DNA of 64,000 nt from the human T2T-CHM13v2.0 reference genome, Homo sapiens, in assembly GCF_009914755.1 (NCBI RefSeq), contig NC_060927.1; one strand, given 5' to 3'. Position numbers and translations under genes: made by a program. The notes under the pieces are model-generated. The model did no database searches and was not told where the DNA came from. It saw only the letters and a list, made by a program, of their open reading frames with translations. Shown piece by piece: positions 63,993 through 64,000 of the stretch. How positions within the stretch are numbered: position 1 is the first letter of the stretch; each line of letters opens with the position of its first letter.

Positions 63993-64000
63993 TCAGGTTG

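Overview
Human (primate) genomic DNA, AT-rich and repeat-dense. Two paralogous P2Y12-subfamily class A GPCR genes lie in tandem on the minus strand: GPR171 (CDS 3478-4437) and P2RY14, the UDP-glucose receptor (CDS 18357-19373). Each has a single coding exon preceded by non-coding 5' exons. From established knowledge this is chr3q25.1, inside the large MED12L intron (+ strand); I see no MED12L exon in the window. The rest is P2RY14 intron. It holds a full-length but disabled L1PA2-type LINE-1 (46839-52844), a complete THE1 MaLR provirus, about 16 Alu/FAM elements, DNA-transposon fossils (Charlie1, MER33, MER20, MER5A, MADE1, MER85) and older L1/L2/MIR fragments. I found no evidence of a wholly new gene system. 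The best leads are: (i) an extended 169-aa L1 ORF0 with both splice donors intact, pointing at the P2RY14 exons; (ii) a ~385-bp locally templated insertion bracketed by a 33-bp duplication; (iii) uORFs in the P2RY14 and GPR171 leaders; (iv) an orphan GC-box/TATA promoter-like element; (v) a perfect 17-bp inverted repeat. All repeat family and subfamily calls are from recalled consensus sequences, not from a RepeatMasker run.
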